From the human T2T-CHM13v2.0 reference genome, Homo sapiens, in NCBI RefSeq assembly GCF_009914755.1, contig NC_060933.1: a stretch of 64,000 nt of DNA. One strand, given 5' to 3'. Position 1 is the first letter of the stretch; the number at the start of each line of letters is the position of its first letter. The position numbers and the translations under genes were made by a program. The notes beneath the pieces are model-generated. The model did not search any database and was not told where the DNA came from. It saw nothing but the letters and a program-made list of their open reading frames with translations. Positions 53,232 to 64,000 of this stretch are shown here, one piece after another.

Positions 53232-54120
53232 TTATTCTTCCTGGGCCTCAGGACCTGTGATGGGAGGGGCTGCCAGGAAGTTCTCTGACATGGCCTGGAA
53301 ACATTTTCCCCTTGGTCATGGGGATTAACATTAGGCTCCTTGCTACTTATACAAATTTGTTCAGGGGGCTTGAATTTCTCCCCAGAAAATGAGTTTTTCT
53401 TTTCTACTGCATTGTAAGGCTTCAAATTTTCTGAACTTTTATGCTCTGTTTCCCTTTTAAAACAGAACGCTTTTAACAGCACCAGTCACCTTTTGAATGC
53501 TTGCTGCTTAGAAATTTCTTCTGCTGGACACCCTGAATCACCTCTCTCAAGTTCAAAATTCCACAAATTTCTAGGGCAGGGGCAAAATTCTGCCAGTCTC
53601 TATGGTAAAACATAACAAGAGTCACCTTTGCTCCAGTTCCCAACAAGTTCCTTATCTCCATCTGAGACCACCTCAGCCTGGATTTTACTGTCAGCATTTT
53701 GGTCAAAGCCATTCAATAAGTCTCTAAGAAGTTCCAAACTTTCCTACATTTTCCTGTCTTCTGAGCCCTCCAAACTGTTCCAACCTCTGCCCACTACCCA
53801 GTTCCAAAGCAGTTTCCACATATTCAGGTATATTTTCAGCAATGACCTGCTCAACTGGTGCCATTTACTGTACTAGTCCATTTTCATGTTGCTGGTAAAG
53901 ACATACCTGAGACCAGGAAGAAACAGAGGTTTAATTGGACTTATAGTTCCACATGGCTGGAGAGGCCTCAGAATCATGATGGGAGGCAAAAAGTACTTCA
54001 TACATGGTGGTGGCAAGAGAAACTGAGGAAGAAGCGAAAGTGGAAACCCCTGATAAACTCATCAGATCTCATGAGACCTATTCACTATCATGAGAATAGC
54101 ACAGGAGAGACCAGCCCCCA

Positions 54121-54131
54121 TGATTCAATTA
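54121..54131 (-). promoter_or_regulatory. DUX4-type motif TAATTGAATCA in the THE1A 5' LTR
   Basis: tgattcaatta on the + strand; motif match only, function untested. Confidence 0.55.
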
Positions 54132-55214
54132 CCTCCCCCTGGGTCCCTCTCACAACACATGGGAATGCTGGGAGATACAATTCAAGTTGATATTTCGGAG
54201 GGGAAACAGCCAACCCATATCACTCAATATTAATGGATCTATTATGTAAATAAAAGAATGTATAAATATCCTACTATAAATTGTAATAATGGGCAGTGTC
54301 AAAATTGAATAATTATTCAACCATTTACCTGCCTTTCTGCATTTAAATCAGTAAATCATCATTCACTAAAAACATTGTGTAGCTATTTCTTGTTTTTATA
54401 TCAATATTTGGTGTTCTCCAAAAGAAAGTGAACATAAATAATTCTTACTGGAAACTAAAAGTCATAGAAAACAACAAAGCAGGCATAAGGATCATGACTA
54501 TAAATAAAATGATTAAGGCCCATCAACTGAGGAAATTTACTGTCATTTTTGTGAAATAAAAACTATGTCAGTAGAAATAACAGAAATTATATCATTTGTG
54601 GAATTTCATAAACAATTTATTAATTTTGTGATATCCAGCTTCAAAATTTAGAAAATCCTATTACAAAAAATTCTCTATTTTTTTTTTAAATTGCATATTA
54701 AGTATACTTTAATTTTTTAAGGAGATAATACTGATAAAGAACATACACACAAAGTGAAGGGTCCATACTAACTGCAGCTTATTTTAAGCACTCAATAAAA
54801 TGTAACTGTAATAATAATACTTTTATTGTTGCTAATACTATTCATCCTTGAAAACTTTTCAAATTTTATTCTTATAGGATCTGCACAATTTTATCAATTT
54901 ATTCTTGGACATTTAATATCTTTTCTACTGGAAAGGGTCTATCTTAGCATTTTCTTTTCTAAATGGTTATTATTTAGCTCAAAAAATACACATCTATTTT
55001 TGTATATTATCTTAACAATTCAAATAGTTTTCTTTATTGTTTTTGTTGTGTTTAGCAGTATAGAATTATTTCACTTAGAATATAAATATATAATTAATTT
55101 GCCTTTTTATTTATATGTACCCCTTTTTTCCTTAAAAGCTAAATAGTAATCATAGCAAGTATTCCTTCTCATGATTAATTTTAACAGTAATGACAAGTAA
55201 CATTTACTGAATAC

Positions 55215-55717
55215 TGACAAACGTGATCTGAATGTTTCCCTCGGCTTGACTAAGCTACAGACATATTTCTTCCTGACAATAGGCTCCTTCCCTCCCTTAG
55301 AGAATTTACTTTAGTGAAGTTTCCATTGTAAATTATTTCTCTGCCCCACTGACATGTAAATCTTCTCTCAGTCTCTTGCCAGTTTTCTACCCAGAGAATT
55401 TTTTTCTCAAGAACCTGAAAGCCAGTCCTTTGAAATATGATGAAAAAAAAAATGTTATTCTTATCTCTCAATTTTTGTGAAAGGGTAGGAGCCTAACTTC
55501 CAAAAGCACCAAATGGCAAACACAGATGACCTAATTACACTGACCAGCCTTCCTTCTAATGTCTACCAATATTTTGCTACTAGCTCTTTCTAGCTCTGAA
55601 CTCCTCCAACCTTTTGTTTCAGTGGAGTTGAGTTCAATCTCTCTCCCTCATTGCAATATTCTTGACAAAAGTCTTCCTTGACTGTTTAACTCTGTCTAGT
55701 GCAATTTTTCTTTGAGA
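55215..55717 (+). mobile_element. MER31-type ERV1 solo LTR
   Basis: tgacaaa...caatttttctttgaga with internal 'gggtaggagcctaacttc' and 'ggagttgagttcaatctctctccc'; 4-bp TSD atac at 55211-55214 and 55718-55721. Confidence 0.85.
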
Positions 55718-57900
55718 ATACTTAACTTTCTCTTTCATACATTGTGTATGGGAAACACTGTTTTGTTTTCAACCCTCCAGTTCTGATAGATACCACAAAA
55801 GAATTTTGATCTCTTCAGCTGAGTGTCTGCCCTCCCTCAGCCAAGCATATTAGTAAAATACTAGAAAAATATTTGTGTGGAATTTTTCAAAGTTGTATAA
55901 TCTCTATGTAATCACAATAAAAGTCAATAAAATAAATGATAAATATAACAAGGTGTAAGGTGTGCTTTTGCTAAGGGATGATTGATCTGTAGTACAACAC
56001 ATTATGTGACTGAAAATATTCAAGAATTCTGGGCCAAATTGTGTTTAATAGATTATCAACAATAATATTGAAACTGCCATACATAAATCCCTGGGTAAGG
56101 ATTAAATATTCTGAGCCATATGTTAATGAAAGTAGATTATGGCCCAATGATTATTTTGTGCTAATCATTGTTTTAATTACTTTCCATGAATTAAATCCAT
56201 GTGTGTTCTCACTTTAGAAATGAGAAAGGGAAGCAAATGAGAAATTAATATCAGTCCAAACAGGCAATAGTATTCACCTCACACTGTTAGATAGTGAAGG
56301 TGGAGGTGATGCATATCAGTAATGTGAAATTAGAACCAATAGAACTTAATATAAAAATTGTCATTCACAAGAGTGACAAAATTTCAAATAAATCTCAAAT
56401 TTCTTACTTTTCTGGGGGAGGAGGGATAAGAGAAAATGAAGAAACATTAAAAGAAATAAATAACAAGAAAAAAGAGATTTAGAAATTAAAATACAATTTT
56501 AATTTCTTCAAGTCTATGTGTCTTCAACTTTGGGTCAAATTTTAGGACCTGAAACTGAGAATAGATACCAGTATTTGAAACGTAATTTTGGATGTTGTCT
56601 GTATAAACAACATGCACTCTTTTAACCACTAGAGAGAACAATTTTAAATTATGTTAAAGTTGATATCAAGGGGAAAGGAAGATTTAAAACTACTGCTTAA
56701 ATTTCCATTTTTTCAACATTCTCAGGAATCACTTTGTGCAAAGTTAGCAACAGCTGGCAATACAGCAAATATCACCTTTTAAAAATTCTACCTAGTTAAA
56801 ATATTCTCAAAAATCAATATAGAAATGGAGAATAATGCTTGAATAAATTTAAAAAAATAATTTAGTAGGCTTGTCTTGAAAGAAAGTTTTGATGAATATA
56901 TGACATTGGCATAGGAGTACCTTTTAATGTAATCTTTATTGCAGAATACCTAACAATTTATCATATGATGTGTATATTTGTTAACATCACATCTGGCCTG
57001 CTGTGGTTTCCTCTGAGAACATATGCAATATAAACAGTCACAACAGACACAATAATGTAAGACAGAAAATAATTAACAGCTCTAAGCATATGGGATTACA
57101 AAAAGTTGGGTAAGAGGTAAAAGACTATAAAAGCCATAACATATGTTGTTTGGTCTTTCAAGTTAATCTTTATGCTGAATCATTCTGTAGGAAAGTTATT
57201 TTCTTCAAGATCAATGGCGGGTCCATTGAAACCATAATATACAAAAATAATTTGAAAAATGACATTGTTTATGCTTACCAATACAACCAGTAAGTATTTG
57301 TCAATGGCTCATTATGTGTGGAGAACTACTCAAGAATCTGAATTCTTAACATTGAACAAATTGGACTTGGTATCAACTCTCCAGGTGATTACTTTGGGAA
57401 AGTAAATAAATTCAATAATCACATAAAAATAAATACAATTATTAGAAATTGTCCTTTAAAGGAAACAAAATTGCATGAACGTAAAGTGTCTTCCATCTTT
57501 TAGGATGATATTTATTTTTTAATTTTTATTTTTGAAATCAAGAGCAGTTTTTACAATGCTGTTCTGGACAAACTTTATTCCAAGGCTTGGTACACCCATA
57601 GAACCAAGGAAGCAAACCATCATCATGATCACGCTTTTGAGAAACAGAGTTGGAGGGGAAACAGATACAACTAGATATGACTAAGTACCTTGGAAAAGGA
57701 ATTCACACTTTTATCGGCTGCAGTATGACTGGTATGTCATTTCAAATATCTTCTTTCTGCTCTATTTATTTAATTTTGAATTTTGGGACAACGTAATCTG
57801 TGAAAAGTCAAGATAGAAAATAGACTTCTATCAGATTGTTTGCTTTTTCCCATTTCTAAAATTAGGCCATTTGCTACTGGAGACTTTTCATTTGCAATCA

Positions 57901-58303
57901 CTTTTTATTTTCTTTCCAATTTGTATTTTAGTTTCAAGAAGTACATGTAGAAGTTCGTTACATGCGTATATTGTGTGTTGCAGGAGTTTGGTGTACAGGC
58001 AATTTTTTCACCCAGGTAATCAGCATGAGACTTGATAGGTCATTTTTCAATTTTCATCCTCCTACCACCCTTCACCCTCAAGTAGGCCCCAGTGACTATT
58101 GTTCCTTTCTTGGTGTCCATGTGTACTCCACATTTAGCTCCCACTTATAAGTGAAACCTGGTAGTATTTGGTTTTCTATTCCTGTGTTAATTTGCTTAGG
58201 GCAGTGACCTTCCGTCCTATCCATGTTGCTACAAAGGACATAATCTCATATTTTTTATGGCAACATAGCATCCTGTGGTGTACGTGTACCACATTTTCTT
58301 TAT
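57901..58303 (-). mobile_element. L1PA15/16-like 3' end fragment
   Basis: 'ccctcaagtaggccccagtg', 'tttagctcccacttataagtga', 'gtaccacattttctttat'. Confidence 0.85.
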
Positions 58304-58907
58304 AGGATAATCAACAAATCAGTTTAAAATATGAAAGGAAGAATTTGAGAGAGAACAACATGTATAAAGGCCATCAGGTGTTAATACTTTGCCATATTTG
58401 AAGATCTTATGGTAGGCTGCAGGAAGGAAAATAGCTTAGAGCTGAATGAGTGAGAGGATAAAAAGAGAGACAGAGACAGAGACAAAAACAAAGGACTAGA
58501 AAACAGGAGCAAAATCATTAAGGACCATGGTAACAAGTTTGAATTTTGTGTTAAGCACAACTGAAATTCATTGCCATCAGCTTTCCTGGGTCTTCACTTT
58601 GCTTTGTCTCTCTCTCTCTCTCTCCATGCACACACATGCAAACACACACACATTCTATTAGTTCTGTTTTTTTGTTCGTTTGTCTTTTGAGAACTCTAAT
58701 ATAGATTTTGGTATTAGGAGTTGTAGATAAATAGGTTTTTAACAATTAGTTTTCTGAATCGCTTCTAGGGTTTTGGTATTGCTTTTCTAATATGATTAGA
58801 TTTAAAGATGTGACATGACTCCATTTACAGTAGTAAAGGGAACACAGATAGTCCATGATCTGTTATGGCTAAAGAAATACACAAAGATATTAATGGATAC
58901 TCCTAAT

Positions 58908-60489
58908 TGAGAGGTGACAGCGTGCTGGCAGCCCTCACAGCCCTCACAGCCCTCGCTCACTCTCGGTGCCTCCTCGGCCTCAGCGCCCACTCTGGCCGCG
59001 CTTGAGGAGCTCTTCGGCCTTCCGCTGCACTGTGGGAGCCCCTCCTTGGGCTGGCTGAGGCCAGAGCCGGCTCCCTCAGCTTGCAGGGAGGTGTGGAGGC
59101 AGAGGCACGGGTGGGGACTGGGGCTGCGCCTGGCGCTTGTGGGCCAGCGCCCGGTCCGGGTGGGTGTGCCCTTGGCAGACCCTGCACTCAGAGCGGCCGG
59201 CTGGTGCCGCATGCCCCAGGTAGTGAGGGGCTTAGCACCTGGGCCAACAGCTGTGGAGGGTGCGGGGTCCCCCAGCAGTGCCGGCCTGCTGGGGCTGCAC
59301 TCGAATTCTTGGCGGGCCTCAGCTGCCTCCCAGTGAGGCAGGGCTGGGGACCCACAGCCCGCTATGCCTGAGCCTGCCTGCCTGCTGTGGGCTCCTGCAC
59401 AGCCTGAGCCTCCCCGACAAGTGCCGCCCCCTGCTCCATGGTGCCCAGTCCCATCGATGGCCCAAGGGCTGAGGAGTGTGGGCCCACCACCCAGGACTGG
59501 CACACAGCTCCACCTGCACCCCAGTGTGGGATCCACTAGGTGAAGCCAGCTGGGCTCCTGAGTCTAGTGGGGACTTGGAGAACCTTTATGTCTAGCTAAG
59601 GGATTGTAAATACATCAATCAGCACTCTGTGTCTGGCTCAAAGTTTGTAAACACATCAATCAGCACCCTGTGTCTAGCTCAAGGTTTGTAAATGCACCAA
59701 TCAGTGCTCTGTGTCTAGCTAATCTAGTGGGAACTTGGAGAACATTTATGTCTAGCTGAGAGATTGTAAATGCACGAATCAGCACTCTGTGTCTAGCTCA
59801 AGGTTTGTAAATACACCAATCAGCACCCTGTGTCTAGCTCAAAGTTTGTAAATGCACCAATCAGTGCTCTGTGTCTAGCTAATCTAGTGGGGACTTGAAG
59901 AACTTTTGTGTCTAGCTTAGGGATTGTAAATGCACCAATCAGCACCCAGTCAAAACAGACCAATCAGCGCTCTGTAAAACAGACCAATCAGCTCTCTGTA
60001 AAATGGACCAATCAGCAGGATGTGGGTGGGGCCAGATAAAGGAGTAAAAGCAGGCTGCCCCAGCCAGCACTGGCAACCTTCTCGGGTCCGGTTCCATGCT
60101 GTGGAAGGTTTATTCCTTCACTTTTTGCAATAAATCTTGCTGCTGCTCACTCTTTGGGTTCACGCTGCCTTTATGAGCTGTAACACACACTGCGAAGGTC
60201 TGCAGCTTCTCTCCTGAGGCCAGCGAGACCACGAACCCACTGGGAGGAATGAACAACTGCAGACACACTGCCTTAAGAGCTGTAACACTCAACGCGAAGG
60301 TCTGCAGCTTCACTCCTGTAGCCAGAAAGACCATGAACCCACCAGAAGGAAGAAACTCTGAACACATCCGAACATCAGAAGGAACAAACTCCGGACATGT
60401 CGCCTTTAAGAACTGTAACAGTCACTGCGAGCGTCCGTGGCCTCATTCGTGAAGTCAGTGAGACCAAGAACCCACCAATTCCAGACACA
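58908..60489 (+). mobile_element. LTR12C/D (ERV9) solo LTR, full length (1582 bp)
   Basis: Termini tgagaggtgacagcgtgctggc...cccaccaattccagacaca; 4-bp TSD taat; GC-rich 5' U3; tandem CCAAT enhancer repeats. Confidence 0.95.
59560..60060 (+). promoter_or_regulatory. LTR12 U3 tandem enhancer/promoter (NF-Y CCAAT array, GATA, TATA-like box)
   Basis: Repeats of (c/g)accaatcagc(a/g)c(c/t)ctgtgtctagct with 7 intact CCAAT by hand count. AGATAA at ~60034, followed by 'gagtaaaagc' where the recalled consensus has AATAAAA. Confidence 0.7.
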
Positions 60490-60815
60490 TAATCACCTGC
60501 TTGTAAGAGGCAAGGATCTTTGAAACATTTAAACATCTTTCAACAAATATGACGACAGTGGCTGTTTGTTCCTAATGTTGTTGGACCAAGTGAGTAAAGG
60601 ATGCATTCAGGGATTTGAATTCCTAGCTCAACCATCACATTAATTATCTAAGATTTTATAAATGCCTTGAGGGAGTTTATTTCTTGTAGTTATGCAACTT
60701 AGATTAAAAAAAGAAAAAGAAAAAAAACCCCAAAAGCTCATCCTCTGACTAGCTGAATTAAATTGCAAGTTGAACTCTGGATAGGAAGAATCAATTCATA
60801 AAAATGGCCATACTT

Positions 60816-60930
60816 CAGGAGAATGGCATGAACCTGGGAGGCGGAGCTTGTAGTGAGCTGAGATGGCACCACTGCAGTCCAGCCTGGGCGACAGAGTGAG
60901 ACTCCATCTCAAAAAAAACAAACAAAAAAA
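60816..60930 (+). mobile_element. 5'-truncated AluY (3' ~95 nt plus A-tail) nested in the L1
   Basis: caggagaatggcatgaacctgggaggcggagcttg...gactccatctc plus A-tail; TSD gccatactt at 60807-60815 and 60931-60939. Confidence 0.92.
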
Positions 60931-61113
60931 GCCATACTTTCCAAAGCAATTTATAGATTCAATGCTGTACCTATTTACCATTCAGATTCTTCACAGAAGT
61001 ATAAAACATTTTTTTAAAATTCACATGGAACCAAAAAAGAACCCAAATAGCTAAGGCAATCCTAAGCAAAAAGAACAAAGCTGAATGTATCACCATCTGA
61101 CTTCAAACTATAC

Positions 61114-61675
61114 TGTTGCAGGAATCACAGGACAGGAGAGACCAATTTGTGGGACAGGAGGATTTTATTAGGTGGCCACCAACTCAGAAGATGAACATCC
61201 AAAGGCTGAGCTCCAAACAAAGACAGGGCTTGACTTTTATGCATGCAACTGGAGGGTGTTGGCCAGCTAGTGACACAAAACTTACAGGGTGGGCAAGCAA
61301 GCTTACAGAAGCAGAACAATGACAGTTTATTAAACAGTGACAGATGTTGCAACTCAGGCATGTCTTGTGACCTTCGCCATACTACAGACAGGAAAACAGG
61401 AACTTAGAAAATCCTTACAAACTTGTAGAAACAGTTGTAAAAATAGTTACGAGAGTAGAACAAAGAATAATGATACGGGGAAAGAATGCAAAAAGAGGGA
61501 AACTGATAAGAAGAAATTGTTTTTCTCATCGTTGCTCCTGGAGCCCATTCCCTCTGGGTCCTGCCTGGCTTTGCAGATAATGTTATCATAGTCCTAGCAG
61601 GACCTTGGAGTGAGTCAGCATAGGGAAGGACTTGTTTTCCCTTTACTTGTTTTTCTTTTTATATTTTCTGCTTCA
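61114..61675 (-). mobile_element. ERV1 solo LTR, LTR10-family-like (HERV-IP), nested in the L1
   Basis: The minus strand reads tgaagcagaaaatataaaaag...tgcaaca (TG...CA), 562 bp. 4-bp TSD atac; L1 ORF2 is continuous across the insertion. Family name from memory. Confidence 0.8.
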
Positions 61676-64000
61676 ATACTGCAGAGCTACAGTAACCAAA
61701 ACAGCATGGTGCTGGTACAAAAACAGATACATACACCAATGGAACAGAATAGAGAACTCAGAACTAAGGCCACACGCCTACAACTATCTGATCTTCAACA
61801 AACCTGACAAAAACAAGCAATGGGGAAAGACTTCCCTCTTCAATAAATGGTGCTGAGATAACTGGAAAGCCATATACAGAAAATTAAAACTGGACCCATT
61901 CCTTACACCATATACAAAAATTAACTGAAGATGGATTAAATACTTAAATGTAAAGCCCAAAACTATAAAAACCCTGGAAAACAACCTAGGCAATACCATT
62001 CAGGACATAGGCACGGGCAAAGGTTTCATGATGAAGATGCCAAAAGTAATTGCAACGAAAGCAAAAATTGACAAATGGGATGTAATTAAACTTAAGAGCT
62101 ACTGCACAGCAAAGGAAATCATCAACAGATTGAGCAGACAACCTACAGAATGAGAGAAAATTTTTGCAAACTATGCATCTGACAAAGGCTTAATATGCAG
62201 CATGTATGACGAACTTAAACAAATCTACAAGCAAAAAACAACCCCATTAAAAAGTAAGCAAAGGACATTAACAGACATTTTTCAAAAGAAGACATACACA
62301 TGGCCAACAATCACATGAAGAAAAGCTCAACATCATTGTTTATTAGAGAAATGCAAATCAAAACCATAATGGGATACCATTTCACACCAGTCAGAATAGC
62401 TGTTACTAAAAAGCCAAAAAATAGCAGATGCTGGTGAGGTTGTGGAAAAAGAGAAATACTTATATAGAATTAGTGGGACTGTGAAATTAGTTCAACCATT
62501 GTGGAAGACCATGTGGTGATTCCTCAAAGACCTAAAAACAGAACTAGCCATTACTGGGTATATACTCCCCAAACTATAAATCATTCTATTATAAAGACAC
62601 ATGCATATGTTCATTGCAGCACTATTCACAATAGAAAACACATGGAATCAACCTAAATGCCCATCAATGATAGACTAAATAAAGAAAATATGGTACATAT
62701 GCATCATGGAATACTGTGTAGCCATAAAAAGAAATGAGATCATGTTCATTACAAGGACATGGATAGATCTGGAGGCCGTTATCCTCATCAAACTAATGCA
62801 GGAACAAAAAACCAAATACTGCACATTCTCACTCATAAGTGGGAGCAGAATGATGAACAGTGGACACATCGAGGGGAATAACACACTGGTGTCTGTTGGA
62901 GAATGGAGAGTGGGAGGAAGGAGAGGATCAGGAAAAATAACTAATGGTATTAAGCTTAATTCCCGAGTGACAAAATAATCTGTACAACAACCCCCATGAC
63001 ACAAGTTTACCTACATAACAAACCTGTACAGGCACATACATACCTGAACTTAAAAGTTAAACACACACATACACACAAAGAACTCTCAGTTTTATACTGT
63101 GTCTGTTGTTAAAGTGTGAACATTGATTGGGAAGGAATGGGGTCCTGAAACTTGGTGTGGGAATGTGTGAGAAGACCCTGATAAAGCTGGGAATATTGAG
63201 CCCTCAAATGCTAATGCGACTTCTTTGCACATGGAAAAGGCCTCTCCACTCTAAGTAAACAGGCACCTACACACTCAGTGGAAGCAGCCTCTCCATTCTG
63301 TCTAAGGGAGTTAATCCTGCATTGCCTGAGGGAACTATAATGGCTTCCCTTGAAGCTACTGCTATATAATGTTGATTCTTCTCAGGACCTATACCTACCA
63401 ATCCTCTTTGCTTCTACCAATAGCTGGACTAAATTATCCACAAGTCTCTAAAAGTGCAGTACAATGTGTAATTCCTTATGAAGTGTGCTATACTCCAAAA
63501 GAATTACTTCAATTTTCCTATTTGTACATAAACTATTAAGGGGAACATATGTGGGAATAGATATTAAGGGTGTGGGATAATGGCAGAAGAACATAAATTT
63601 GTATAAGGCTCTATGTGTTGATAGGGGCTCACTAAGCAGAAACTGTTTTAATGTTGTAACTTAAGGAATTAGAAAGTGCTCTAACAGATTGGTTGATTGG
63701 CTGAATCAACTATCAACATGTTGGCCCACTATGAACGACTTAAAAATATGGGGACTCTTTTGACTTAATGCAAAGGAAAAGGCTTCGAGAATCTGAAATA
63801 CTAGCAGGATTTTTTCATTTAGAAATTACCCACCCAAAGAGAGTCCAAAACACACACCTTTCTCCATGACTATGAGACGGAATTTGAGAAGGGAGCCCCA
63901 GTATCCTTGAAGAGCTCTGCAGTCGGTCTTCTCTGTAGACCAGACCATCTAGTAGAAATGACAATCACTCAATTGGGAAACCTAAATGTGATTGGGAGTA

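Larger units (their letters stand above)
51958..54222 (-). mobile_element. Complete THE1A MaLR provirus (LTR-int-LTR)
   Basis: LTRs at 51958-52312 and 53869-54222 with a 1556-bp internal region; 5-bp TSD ctcaa at 51953-51957 and 54223-54227. Confidence 0.96.
60778..63079 (+). mobile_element. 5'-truncated L1PA (L1PA11-14-like) inserted in ERVL-int
   Basis: ORF2 3' half plus 3'UTR ('gtgacaaaataatctgtacaacaacccccatgacacaagtttacc'); tail decayed to (AC)n; TSD gaactct at 60772-60778 and 63080-63086. Confidence 0.92.
58560..64000 (+). mobile_element. ERVL provirus remnant: MLT2 LTR 3' end (to 58703) plus ERVL internal gag region, interrupted at 58908-60489 and 60778-63079
   Basis: LTR/int junction 'gagaactctaatata|gattttggta'; ERVL gag hallmarks 'cattgattgggaaggaatggggtcctgaaacttgg', 'gctatactccaaaagaa', 'atgtgggaatagatattaagggtgtgggataatgg'. 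Continues past the window end. Confidence 0.8.

Noticed and set aside
58802-59536. 244-aa ORF and apparent CpG island
   Set aside because: Almost entirely the GC-rich U3 of LTR12; a low-complexity antisense ORF, not a host gene or host promoter.
59560-60015. Array of ~40-bp repeats superficially like a CRISPR or other novel array
   Set aside because: These are the known LTR12/ERV9 U3 tandem enhancer repeats; there are no unique spacers or cas genes, and the context is eukaryotic.

Overview
This is AT-rich, non-coding primate genomic DNA, most likely human or another great ape: it carries AluY, an L1PA2-type insertion, THE1A and LTR12. I find no credible host protein-coding exon, RNA gene or CpG-island promoter. 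Every ORF in the track that I can assign comes from a transposon (Alu, L1 ORF2, ERV1 gag/pol, THE1-int, LTR12); the rest look like chance ORFs. Much of the window is recognisable interspersed repeat. The main elements are a near-full-length L1MA (19.5-25.5 kb), a 5'-truncated env-less ERV1 provirus (38.6-44.0 kb), a twin-primed L1PA2 (47.3-47.7 kb), a complete THE1A provirus (52.0-54.2 kb), and a nested ERVL>(LTR12C; L1PA>(AluY, LTR10)) stack at the right end. I cannot support a new biological system. The most unusual signals are fossil repair-like insertions that ordinary transposition does not explain: (i) a ~320-bp local copy, including an L2 tail, sitting at a deletion inside a younger L1; (ii) a 134-bp local copy sitting between a (TA)n tract and a hairpin; (iii) a tail-less, TSD-less internal L1 fragment. 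Also notable are a perfect 95-bp tandem duplication and a solo Hsmar1 TIR with a perfect SETMAR site. Repeat subfamily names come from recalled consensus sequences and need RepeatMasker/Dfam confirmation. Identities are hand counts.
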